Below, in pieces: positions 52,153 to 60,848 of a stretch of 64,000 nt of DNA. The notes beneath the pieces were generated by a model that had not been told where the DNA came from, did not search any database, and saw only the letters and a program-made list of their open reading frames with translations. The first letter of the stretch is position 1; each line of letters starts with the position of its first letter. The position numbers were made by a program, and so were the translations under genes. This stretch comes from an uncultured Gammaproteobacteria bacterium. GTDB taxonomy: Bacteria > Pseudomonadota > Gammaproteobacteria > Steroidobacterales > Steroidobacteraceae. Location: contig CAVQEB010000001.1 in NCBI GenBank assembly GCA_963711435.1, forward strand, positions 17,943 to 81,942, in the 5' to 3' direction.

Positions 52153-52989
52153 GTGGCCCGCTGGGGTATTGGCGACGTCCAGGGCTGCTGCGCCGAGCTT
52201 CGCGAGCTGCTTGTGCGCATCGATTATTCGGCTGACCGCGACCAGCTGTGGTTCACCGGCGATCTGGTCAATCGCGGCTCCGCATCGCTCCCGGCGCTGC
52301 GGCTGGTGCGCAGTCTCGATGCCAACGCCATCGTCGTGCTCGGCAATCACGATCTGCATCTGCTGGCGGCCGCATTCGTACCCGGACACCGGCTGCGCGC
52401 CCACGACACGCTCGATGAAATCCTGGCCGCTCCCGACCGCGAGTCCCTGCTCACCTGGCTGCTGGAGCGGCCGTTGCTGCATTTTTCGCCCCGTCACCCT
52501 GATCTGCTGGTACACGCCGGTGTGCTGCCGCAATGGGACGCCCCGCTCGCCCGCGCGCTGGCTGCGGAGGTCGAGTCGGCGCTGCGCCACGACCCGCGTG
52601 CGCTGCTTAGCGAGATGTACGGCGATAAGCCAGACCGCTGGGACGCGGATCTCAAGGGCACCGGGCGCCTGCGCCTGATCATCAACGTCTGCACCAGGCT
52701 TCGATTCTGCGCGCCTGACGGGCGCATCGATCTGAAGCAAAAGGGCCCCCCCGACTCAGCCCGCGCCCCGTGGCTGCCGTGGTACCTGTTGCCTGATAGG
52801 GCCAGTCGGGCAACCCGGATCATTTTTGGCCACTGGTCGGCGCTCGGGTTTTACCGCAAGCATGGCGTGCTGTGCCTGGACACCGGCTGCGTCTGGGGCG
52901 GCTCGCTCACCGCCGTCGATCTTGATGAGCCCGATCGGCCGCCGGTCAGCGTGCCCGCCCGTTCAGCGGTGCCGCTGCAGGATGAGTGA
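52153..52989 (+). CDS. apaH: bis(5'-nucleosyl)-tetraphosphatase (symmetrical)
   Basis: GDVQGC, GDLVNRG, GNHDLHLL; GTG start. Confidence 0.93.
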   Translation: MARWGIGDVQGCCAELRELLVRIDYSADRDQLWFTGDLVNRGSASLPALRLVRSLDANAIVVLGNHDLHLLAAAFVPGHRLRAHDTLDEILAAPDRESLLTWLLERPLLHFSPRHPDLLVHAGVLPQWDAPLARALAAEVESALRHDPRALLSEMYGDKPDRWDADLKGTGRLRLIINVCTRLRFCAPDGRIDLKQKGPPDSARAPWLPWYLLPDRASRATRIIFGHWSALGFYRKHGVLCLDTGCVWGGSLTAVDLDEPDRPPVSVPARSAVPLQDE

Positions 52990-52992
52990 GCG

Positions 52993-53478
52993 TCACGGAC
53001 CCCAGCGCAAGCTGAGCGCCTGGCTCCTGGGCGTGTACACGCCGGGTTCGAGCTTAAAGGTCAGCGCATCGCCGCTCGCGGGTACCTGCAGTACGATGCG
53101 CTGCTCGCCGCTGACCTCGAGCGTGGCAAACCGTCCCGGCTGCGCGGTCAGTTCCAGGCGCACCGGCCAGTGATGGCCGGGCAATGGCTGCACGCGATAC
53201 TCGCCCTGCCCGGCCAATCCGGTCAGATCAATCCTAAGTGCGTTGCGGTCCCAGTACTGCGGCGGCAAGGCGCTGCCCGCCGTACCATCCGGTGCAGTAA
53301 AGCCAAGCACCGCCACCGCCTGCGGCCCCTGGCTGGCCGCATGATGCCAGGGCCAGTACCAATGCGAGCCGGTAGCAGAGTGCAGGCTGCTGCAGCCGCC
53401 GGTCAGCAGCGCCAGGCCCGAAAGCAGCGCCGGCCAGCCGTCGATTCGGCGCAGAATATGTCGCGGCAAATGCAGCAC
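52993..53478 (-). CDS. hypothetical lipoprotein
   Basis: Lipobox LLTGGC; 161 aa; no family recognised. Confidence 0.55.
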   Translation of the reverse strand: MLHLPRHILRRIDGWPALLSGLALLTGGCSSLHSATGSHWYWPWHHAASQGPQAVAVLGFTAPDGTAGSALPPQYWDRNALRIDLTGLAGQGEYRVQPLPGHHWPVRLELTAQPGRFATLEVSGEQRIVLQVPASGDALTFKLEPGVYTPRSQALSLRWGP

Positions 53479-53582
53479 GGATCCTATCCTTCAAGCCACC
53501 GGCTGCGGTCGCAGCGGCCGGCTCATAATGAGTACCATACCGATACCGGCCCGTATTCTACTAAGTGTCTGGATTCATCGAC

Positions 53583-54128
53583 ATGAGCCCACTTCGCAGT
53601 TTTAACCTCCAGCAGTGGATTGACAGCCACCGCCAGCTGCTGCGCCCGCCGGTCGGCAACAAGCTGGTGTTCGAGGACACCGAGTTCATCATCATGGTGG
53701 TCGGCGGCCCGAATGCGCGCCGCGATTTTCACGTCGATCCGGCCGAGGAATTTTTCTATCAGCTCGAAGGCGACATGAGCCTGCGCGTGGTCGAGCAGGG
53801 GCAGATCCGCGAGCTGCCGATCCGCCAGGGCGATGTCCTGCTGCTGCCACCACAAACACCGCACTCGCCGCAGCGCCCGGCCGGCACCGTGGGCCTGGTC
53901 ATCGAGCGGCGCCGGCGCCCGGGCGAGCTCGACGGCCTGCAATGGTACTGCGAGAACTGCGGCCAGCTGCTGTACGAGGAATTCTTCGCGCTCACCGATA
54001 TCGAGCGGCAGTTCCCGCCGGTGTTTGAGCGCTTCTTCGGATCGCTCTCGCTGCGCACCTGCAAACACTGCCACGCGGTCATGGCTCCTCCCGCGCCCTC
54101 GGGCCATCGTGCCGATGCCCAGCAATAA
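53583..54128 (+). CDS. 3-hydroxyanthranilate 3,4-dioxygenase
   Basis: [45 protein letters not shown]...CKHC; ATG 53583 preferred over GTG 53565. Confidence 0.9.
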   Translation: MSPLRSFNLQQWIDSHRQLLRPPVGNKLVFEDTEFIIMVVGGPNARRDFHVDPAEEFFYQLEGDMSLRVVEQGQIRELPIRQGDVLLLPPQTPHSPQRPAGTVGLVIERRRRPGELDGLQWYCENCGQLLYEEFFALTDIERQFPPVFERFFGSLSLRTCKHCHAVMAPPAPSGHRADAQQ

Positions 54129-55434
54129 GCCACTGCTAGGCGCCGCGGGCGGGAGCGATGAGCTGAGTCGCGCTCACGCACAACGCCTCGATGCGGCCGA
54201 TCCGCTTGCCACCTTCGGGACGCGTTACGCGCGGCCGCGAAATGCCGCCGGCGATCAGCTGCTGTACCTGTGCGGGCATTCGCTCGGTCTGGCGCCGCTG
54301 CGGGCACGCAAGCTGCTGCTGGAGGAATTGGATGACTGGGAGCGGCTCGGCGTGCTCGGTCACGAGCACGCGCGCCGGCCCTGGACCGAATATTCAAAGC
54401 AGTTCAGCAACGCGCTGGCGCAACTGGCCGGCGCCGGTGTGCACGAAGTCGTGGCGATGAACTCGCTGACGGTGAACCTGCACCTGATGATGGCGAGTTT
54501 TTATCGGCCGGCCGCCGGCCGCGACTGCGTACTGATCGAGGCCGGGGCGTTTCCGTCGGATCGCTATGCGGTGATCTCCCAGATGCAGTGGCATGGCGTC
54601 GATCCGCGGCAGGCGCTGATCGAGGTGGCGCCGCGGCCGGGCGAGGCGCTGTTGCGCAGCGAGGACATCCAGGCGGCAATCGCGGCGGCAGGATCCAAGC
54701 TCGCGCTGGTGCTGTGGCCGGGCGTGCAATATCTGACCGGTCAGGCCTTTGAGCTCGCATCGATTGCGCGCGCGGCGCACCGCTGCGGAGCGCTGGCGGG
54801 ATTTGACCTCGCGCACTCGATCGGCAATGTGCCGCTCAAGATTCACGACTGGGATGCGGATTTCGCCGTCTGGTGCAGCTACAAGTACTTAAACGGCGGA
54901 CCCGGCGCGATCGCCGGCGCGTTTGTCCATGAGCGCCACAGCGCGCCGGGTGCGCGACCGCGGCTCTGTGGCTGGTGGGGTAACGATCCTGGCACGCGCT
55001 TTAGCATGGCGCCGCAATTTCAGCCCGCTGCCGGTGCGGACGGCTGGCAGCTCAGCAATCCACCCATTCTGGCCTGCGCACCGCTCCTGGCATCGCTCGA
55101 GGACCTGGCGGCCGCCGGCATGCCGTCGCTGCGGGCCAAATCGCTGGCACTGACCGGCTACCTCGAGCGGTCGCTCAGGCAGCTGTGCGGCGCGCAGCTG
55201 CAAGTGCTGACGCCTCTCGACCCGCCGCAGCGCGGCTGCCAGCTGTCGCTGCGCATCGCCGGCGATGCAAAGCGCTTCAAGCGTGTCTATGCGGCCGCGA
55301 GCGAACGCGGCCTGGTCGGCGACCGGCGCGAGCCGGATGTCATCCGGCTGGCGCCGGTCCCGCTCTACAACACTTTTACCGAAGTTCTGCAGGCCGCTGA
55401 AGTACTGGCCGTGGCGCTGTGTGAACAACCCTGA
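54115..55434 (+). CDS. kynU: kynureninase
   Basis: [26 protein letters not shown]; start trimmed to ATG 54115 (14-nt overlap with upstream gene). Confidence 0.92.
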   Translation: MPSNKPLLGAAGGSDELSRAHAQRLDAADPLATFGTRYARPRNAAGDQLLYLCGHSLGLAPLRARKLLLEELDDWERLGVLGHEHARRPWTEYSKQFSNALAQLAGAGVHEVVAMNSLTVNLHLMMASFYRPAAGRDCVLIEAGAFPSDRYAVISQMQWHGVDPRQALIEVAPRPGEALLRSEDIQAAIAAAGSKLALVLWPGVQYLTGQAFELASIARAAHRCGALAGFDLAHSIGNVPLKIHDWDADFAVWCSYKYLNGGPGAIAGAFVHERHSAPGARPRLCGWWGNDPGTRFSMAPQFQPAAGADGWQLSNPPILACAPLLASLEDLAAAGMPSLRAKSLALTGYLERSLRQLCGAQLQVLTPLDPPQRGCQLSLRIAGDAKRFKRVYAAASERGLVGDRREPDVIRLAPVPLYNTFTEVLQAAEVLAVALCEQP

Positions 55435-56767
55435 GATCGCCCGCGCACCGCCGCTGACGGTGATCGGCGCAGGTCCCGCCGGCGTACTGCTGGCGCTGCT
55501 GCTGGCGCGGCGCGGACACGCCGTGCGGATCTTCGAGCGACGCGCGGATCCGCGCACCAGCCCCGAGCAGTCGGGCCGCTCAATCAATCTTGCACTGGCC
55601 GACCGCGGCCGCCACGCGCTCGAGCGGGCGGCCGTGCTCGAGCGGGTCAGCGCGCACATGGTGAGCATGCGCGGCCGCCAGCTGCACGATGCAGACGGCC
55701 AGCAGCGCTTCCTGCCCTACGGTCAGAACGAGCGCGAGGTGCTCTACGCCATCGAGCGCAACCGGCTGACGGTAGAATTGATCCAGGCGGCCAGCGAGCA
55801 GCCGCGCATTGCCTTGCAATTCAATCAGCGCTGCGTCGGCATCGATCCGGCGGGCCAGACGGTGCGCCTGCGTGATGAGCTTGGCGGCGCCGAGCGCGAC
55901 GAGCCGTACGAACTGCTGGTCGCGGCCGACGGGGCAGCTTCCGCAATACGCCACGCGCTCGCCGCACAGCAGCGACTTAAGTTCACCGAATCGCCGCTCG
56001 ATCACGACTACAAGGAGCTGCTGATCGCGCCCGTCGACGGCCGCTATGCGATGGAGCCGCACGCGCTGCACCTGTGGCCACGCGGCGGATTCATGCTGAT
56101 CGCGCTGCCGAACGCCGACGAGAGCTTCACCGCCACGCTGTTTCTGCCCCGCACCGGGCCAGTCAGTTTCCAGAGCCTGCCGGACGGCGTGGCACAGCGC
56201 GCTTTTTTTGCCGCGCATTTTCCGGATGCATTGCAGTTGCTGCCGGACCTTGCGGCGCAGTTTGCCAGCCACCCGCAGGGCCGACTGGCCTCGCTCCATT
56301 GCCATCCCTGGCAGGTCGGCGCCGCGGTGCTGCTCGGCGATGCGGCACATGCCATTGTGCCGTTTCACGGCCAGGGGCTAAACAGCGGCTTCGAGGATTG
56401 CGTGCTGCTCGATGAGCTGATTGCCCAGCGCGGGCCCGTGCCAGCGGCGCTCGCGCGGTTCGAACGGCTGCGCCGCCCCGACACCGAAGCGATCGCGTCC
56501 ATCTCGATTCAAAATTACCGCGAAATGCGCGACACGGTGCGGGCACCGGCCTTCGCGCGCCGGCAGGCACTGGCCGCCGAGCTCGAGCGGCAGTTTCCGA
56601 ATCGCTTCATTCCCCGTTACTCGATGGTGATGTTTCACACCGAGATCGGCTATGCCGAGGCGCAACGGCGCGGCGCGCTGCAGGAGCGAATTCTGGATCG
56701 GCTGTTGGCTACAGGTACGGACGATGCCGCCCAGGCCGGCGCGTTGCTGGATGAATTCGGGCTTTGA
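55421..56767 (+). CDS. kmo: kynurenine 3-monooxygenase
   Basis: VIGAGPAGVLLALLLARRGH, GRSINLAL, LLGDAAHAIVPFHGQG, RFIPRYSMV; GTG 55421 (14-nt overlap with kynU). Confidence 0.9.
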   Translation: MNNPEIARAPPLTVIGAGPAGVLLALLLARRGHAVRIFERRADPRTSPEQSGRSINLALADRGRHALERAAVLERVSAHMVSMRGRQLHDADGQQRFLPYGQNEREVLYAIERNRLTVELIQAASEQPRIALQFNQRCVGIDPAGQTVRLRDELGGAERDEPYELLVAADGAASAIRHALAAQQRLKFTESPLDHDYKELLIAPVDGRYAMEPHALHLWPRGGFMLIALPNADESFTATLFLPRTGPVSFQSLPDGVAQRAFFAAHFPDALQLLPDLAAQFASHPQGRLASLHCHPWQVGAAVLLGDAAHAIVPFHGQGLNSGFEDCVLLDELIAQRGPVPAALARFERLRRPDTEAIASISIQNYREMRDTVRAPAFARRQALAAELERQFPNRFIPRYSMVMFHTEIGYAEAQRRGALQERILDRLLATGTDDAAQAGALLDEFGL

Positions 56768-56788
56768 CGGCGCCTACCGGCCGCCGGC

Positions 56789-57778
56789 CTAGTGGCTGGC
56801 GGTCGGGCCGGCCGCTGGCGCGGCCGGCGCCGTCCAGCCAGCTGGCGGCTTGGGATCGAGGCCAGCGGCTTTGATCTCCGCGCGCATGACTTCCTGCTCA
56901 CTCGGCAAAGTCGAACAGAGCTTCAGCACCGCGAGCTGACCGGCCGTGCTCGACCACGTTGGCCGCCGCTCGATGCCGGCCAACACGCTGCTCTGGTACT
57001 GGAGCTGTCGGAGCGAATCCACGGCCTGCTGATTTTCCGTTGCCTCCGGCGGCCAGAGGTAGCGGGCCAGGCTGATGCCGAACAGTTCGGTCAGCACGGT
57101 ATCGCTATGCAAGAAGGCGCTGGCCACCGCCCGGCAGTTCTGCATGACGTCGGGCACTTCAACGGCCTCGCGGCTGCACGCCTGAGCGAGCGGCTGCAGC
57201 TGCAGCTGCGTGTTGGCCAGCTCCGCAATGGCCCGACTCAGCGCCTCTCGCGATTCGTACATTCCGGTTCCGGTCATCGCGCGCGCCAGATGCGACACCA
57301 GCGTGGTCCAGTAAAAACGGATCTGGCCCGACTGGCCGATGGCGATGAGGGCCGCCTGCGCGGCCGCGGCGTCACTGGCGTTCCGTGCCACGGCCAGAGA
57401 TTGCATCCAGCCGGCCCCATTGGTCGGATCCAACAGGCGAAGGCGCGCCTCAATGGGCCTTGCATCGCAGGCATCGAGTTCGGCGCAGACCCTAAGCTGC
57501 AGCCACGCCAGGTCCGCGCGCGATGGCGCGGCCTGCACGGCCCGGTCGAGCAGCGTCAGGGCGGCCGACTCAGATCGGCGCCACAAGGGGTCGCGATACA
57601 GCATGGCCGCGGCTGCCAGCGAGTCGGGGTCGCCGGCGCGAATCAGCTGCTGCGGAATCTGCTGCGCGCGCTGCTCCGCTTGCACCCGCTGCTCGGCCTT
57701 GCTGGCACAGCCGCCCACGATCAGCAGCGCGCTGATCAGGGCCAATCGATGCGGCCAGCCAGGTCCGATGGGTTTCAC
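56789..57778 (-). CDS. hypothetical lipoprotein, helical, family unknown
   Basis: GTG 57778: VKPIGPGWPHRLALISALLIVGGC lipobox; remaining 300 aa Ala/Leu/Gln-rich with several Cys; upstream part of track ORF rejected. Confidence 0.55.
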   Translation of the reverse strand: MKPIGPGWPHRLALISALLIVGGCASKAEQRVQAEQRAQQIPQQLIRAGDPDSLAAAAMLYRDPLWRRSESAALTLLDRAVQAAPSRADLAWLQLRVCAELDACDARPIEARLRLLDPTNGAGWMQSLAVARNASDAAAAQAALIAIGQSGQIRFYWTTLVSHLARAMTGTGMYESREALSRAIAELANTQLQLQPLAQACSREAVEVPDVMQNCRAVASAFLHSDTVLTELFGISLARYLWPPEATENQQAVDSLRQLQYQSSVLAGIERRPTWSSTAGQLAVLKLCSTLPSEQEVMRAEIKAAGLDPKPPAGWTAPAAPAAGPTASH

Positions 57779-58035
57779 GATGCGGCGCCGTCCCGGGATT
57801 TTGCCAGCAGAACACTCATACTCTGTCACAACTAGCCAGAGGGCACACAGATCCTCGGCAGTACCGCCCGCGCCTTGCGGCCGTACTAGAATGATCCGCG
57901 CCGCGGCGCGGTGCCTCGTAAGGACATGGCCCAAGTGCGTACCGAATTGGACCAGCAAGGTGTAAAATTCAGATCGTTGTATGCGAAGGTGGGAAGACAC
58001 CCGTTTCCAGATTTGCGACGCCGGGAGTCAGGCCA

Positions 58036-58266
58036 GTGACAAATTCCACAGAGAAGCCACAGACCTCGGGGAAGAAAGCCTCGGACAGCGCCGTGGCAGA
58101 GGCGAATTCCTCGGCGGAGACACCCGAGAAGCTCGACACGCCGCCTGTGCCAGCGTCATCGCCAGGTACGAAGCCGCTCATCCCGATCAGGCTTAGGACA
58201 GACTTGCAGGGACAGAGCAGAATCTTCCTGTGGGGGGGTCCGATTCCGAAGCCGAAGGCCGAGTAG
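58036..58266 (+). CDS. possible small disordered protein (uncertain; see G7 tract)
   Basis: GTG with GGGAG 8 nt upstream; high third-position GC, but the same-phase antisense ORF 57969..58181 is equally open; low-complexity Ser/Pro/Lys/Glu sequence. Confidence 0.25.
   Translation: MTNSTEKPQTSGKKASDSAVAEANSSAETPEKLDTPPVPASSPGTKPLIPIRLRTDLQGQSRIFLWGGPIPKPKAE
58232..58238 (+). repeat. G7 homopolymer tract
   Basis: tgggggggtc read directly; sits at the junction of ORFs 58036..58266 and 58230..58427. Confidence 0.9.
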
Positions 58267-58423
58267 CGCCGCTCGCAGGCCCCGCCTCTCCCGGCGCGAC
58301 CGTGATCCAGGCCAAAGAGCCTGGGGTCTACAGCAACTTCAACCGGCTCGACACGACCGATGATTTGAAACGGTCAATCGCCGGGACTGACGAATGCATT
58401 CATAAGTTATCCGAAGGAGTTTT

Positions 58424-60319
58424 ATGAGCGCCGGCATCACCCGCCGAGACTTTATCGATGGCGTCGCCACGGCCATCGTCGCCGGCGCGGCGCTGCCCGG
58501 CTGGTCGCAGTCCGCCGGCGCCGTTGCGTATCCGCCGGGCCTGGGCGGGATGCGCGGCAGCCGGGAGCCCGATTATGCGGCCGCTCACGCGCTGCGCGAC
58601 GGCCAGAAATACCACCTTGAGGACTACCCGGTCAGCGAGCACATCGACTGTCTGGTGGTGGGTGCCGGGCTCAGCGGCCTGTCGGCCGCCTACTTCCTGC
58701 GCCAGAAATTGCCGGAATCCTCGATCCTGATCCTGGACAACCATGACGATTTTGGCGGCCATGCGCGCCGCAATGAATTTCAGGTGGATGGCCGGCAGCT
58801 GATCGGCTACGGGGGGAGCGAGTCGATCCAGTCACCGAAGAATCTGTGGAGCCCGGCAGCTCGCGGCTTGCTCACCGATCTTGGCGTTGATCTGCATCGT
58901 TTCGAAACGGCCATGGATACTGCCCTTTACCCGGGCCTGGGCCTGTCCTCCGGCTTGTTTTTTTCGCGCGAGATCTACGGATTAGACAAGCTCGTCACGG
59001 GCGACCCGCAACGTTCATTGCCGACGGCTATTCCGGCCGCCCTGCATCGTGGCCGCCCGATCGCCGAATTTGCTGCCGACTGTCCGCTGACGCCATCAGA
59101 ACGGCAGAGCATGGTTCGCCTAGCTACCGACCACCGCGACCCATTGGCCGGCATGAGCGGGCCGGAGAAGCTCAATTTGCTGGCCGGCATTTCCTACCCG
59201 CAGTATCTGGAAAAATACTGGCACACGGAGCCTGCGGTCGTGGCGATCTACACGGCCCTGACCCTCGACCTGTTCGGCGAGCCTGCCAATTTTATCAGCG
59301 CGCTCGAGGCCGCAGGCGCGGGTTACCCGGGTTTTCAGGGACTCGCACTGCCATCGTGGCAGGACTGGCGGGCCGAGCGCGAGCCTTATATCCATCACTT
59401 TCCGGATGGCAATGCCTCGATCGCGCGGTTGCTGGTTCGCCGGCTGATTCCGCCGGTCGCGCCCGGCCATTCCATGGAGGACATCGTCACCGCCGCGTTT
59501 GATTATGAGCAGCTGGACAAACCCGGCCGCGCCGTTCGGTTGCGCCTGTCGAGCACGGTCGTATTGCTTCGCAATGCCGGCACGCACGTGGACGCACTTT
59601 ACGTGCGGGACGGCAAGGTGCAGCGCTGCCATTGCCGTAACGTGATCTACGCCGGCTATTTCGCCATGTTGCCGTATGTGTGCCAGGACCTGCCGCCAGC
59701 GCAACGCGACGGCGTTGCAGCGGCTGTGCGCCTACCGCTCGTGTATGTCAACGTCGCGCTGCGAAACTGGCGCTCGTGGGTGCGCGCCGGGGCGCATTAC
59801 ATCAATTGTCCGGGGAGTTTTTACTGCGAAGCCAAGCTCGATTACCCCGTGAGTCTGGGTTCCTACCAGTTCGCCCGCACACCGGACGATGCGATTCTGG
59901 TGCACCTGACCCACACGCCGCTGCCGCCCGTGCCGATCAGCGATCGGCGCGCTGCCGCCCGTGCCGCGCGTGCCGTGCTGTATGCGCGGCCGTTCGCGGA
60001 TTTTGAGACCGCGGTGCGCGACCAGCTGACCCGCATGCTCGGCGCCGGCGGCTTCGACGCGGACCGGGACATTGCCGCGATCACGGTCAATCGCTGGGGC
60101 CACGGTTATGCCTGCGAGGCGAGCGCGCCAGGCGAACCGGAGGTATCCGATTCCCTGGCGGACATCGCGCGCCAGGCCGTCGGCCGCATCAGCCTCGCAG
60201 GTTCCGATGCCGGTTGGGAGGCTTATGCGCAGGTGGCCATTGATGAGGCGCACCGCGCTGCCACCGAGGTCGCAGCCCGAGCCGGTGCGAGCGCTGCCAA
60301 AGGACAGGCGGGCGCCTGA
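58424..60319 (+). CDS. Tat-exported FAD/NAD(P)-binding oxidoreductase (SpdH-like polyamine dehydrogenase family, tentative)
   Basis: Twin-arginine signal MSAGITRRDFIDGVATAIVAGAAL; dinucleotide fold DCLVVGAGLSGLSAAYFL...LDNHDDFGGHARRNEF; AAGGAG RBS. Confidence 0.75.
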   Translation: MSAGITRRDFIDGVATAIVAGAALPGWSQSAGAVAYPPGLGGMRGSREPDYAAAHALRDGQKYHLEDYPVSEHIDCLVVGAGLSGLSAAYFLRQKLPESSILILDNHDDFGGHARRNEFQVDGRQLIGYGGSESIQSPKNLWSPAARGLLTDLGVDLHRFETAMDTALYPGLGLSSGLFFSREIYGLDKLVTGDPQRSLPTAIPAALHRGRPIAEFAADCPLTPSERQSMVRLATDHRDPLAGMSGPEKLNLLAGISYPQYLEKYWHTEPAVVAIYTALTLDLFGEPANFISALEAAGAGYPGFQGLALPSWQDWRAEREPYIHHFPDGNASIARLLVRRLIPPVAPGHSMEDIVTAAFDYEQLDKPGRAVRLRLSSTVVLLRNAGTHVDALYVRDGKVQRCHCRNVIYAGYFAMLPYVCQDLPPAQRDGVAAAVRLPLVYVNVALRNWRSWVRAGAHYINCPGSFYCEAKLDYPVSLGSYQFARTPDDAILVHLTHTPLPPVPISDRRAAARAARAVLYARPFADFETAVRDQLTRMLGAGGFDADRDIAAITVNRWGHGYACEASAPGEPEVSDSLADIARQAVGRISLAGSDAGWEAYAQVAIDEAHRAATEVAARAGASAAKGQAGA

Positions 60320-60335
60320 AGCCAAGAGCCGGATA

Positions 60336-60848
60336 CTAGCCGACCGGGATTGCAAGCTGCGGCGCGGTGCGCTCCAGCGTCATAAAACTCATCGCGTACT
60401 CATGGCGCGCATCGGCCGGATGTTCCTGCCGTTCGAGGCAGCGCCACAGCTTCATATCGAGTGACGGGAAATACACATCGCCCGGCACCATCGCGTGGAC
60501 CTGCGTCAGGTAGACGCGGGTAGCAAGCGGCAGCGCCAATGCGAATACCTCAGCGCCGCCGATCACGCACAACTCCGCCGCCGCGCCACAGCGTTCGATC
60601 GCCGCATTAAGCGTCGACACCGCCTCGGTGCCGGCGATGCCCGGCGCCGGGCCGCGTGTCAGCACCAGATTGCGCCGCCCGGGGAGCGCCCGCCCGATCG
60701 ATTCGAGCGTGCGCCGGCCCATCAGCAGCGGTTTGCCCATCGTCACGGCCTTGAAATGCCGCAGGTCATCCGGCAGATGCCAGGGCAGGTGCTGGTCGCG
60801 GCCGATGACACCGTTGTCGGCCACGGCGACGACCAGCGCGATTTGCAT
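60336..60848 (-). CDS. folA: dihydrofolate reductase
   Basis: MQIALVVAVADNGVIGRDQHLPWHLPDDLRHFKAVTMGKPLLMGRRT; ATG 60848 shares 1 nt with the kup stop. Confidence 0.93.
   Translation of the reverse strand: MQIALVVAVADNGVIGRDQHLPWHLPDDLRHFKAVTMGKPLLMGRRTLESIGRALPGRRNLVLTRGPAPGIAGTEAVSTLNAAIERCGAAAELCVIGGAEVFALALPLATRVYLTQVHAMVPGDVYFPSLDMKLWRCLERQEHPADARHEYAMSFMTLERTAPQLAIPVG

Noticed and set aside
57896-57911. Perfect 16-nt palindrome CCGCGCCGCGGCGCGG
   Set aside because: No loop is possible for a stable hairpin, and it is pure GC. Such palindromes are common in high-GC DNA. No second copy or associated gene was seen.
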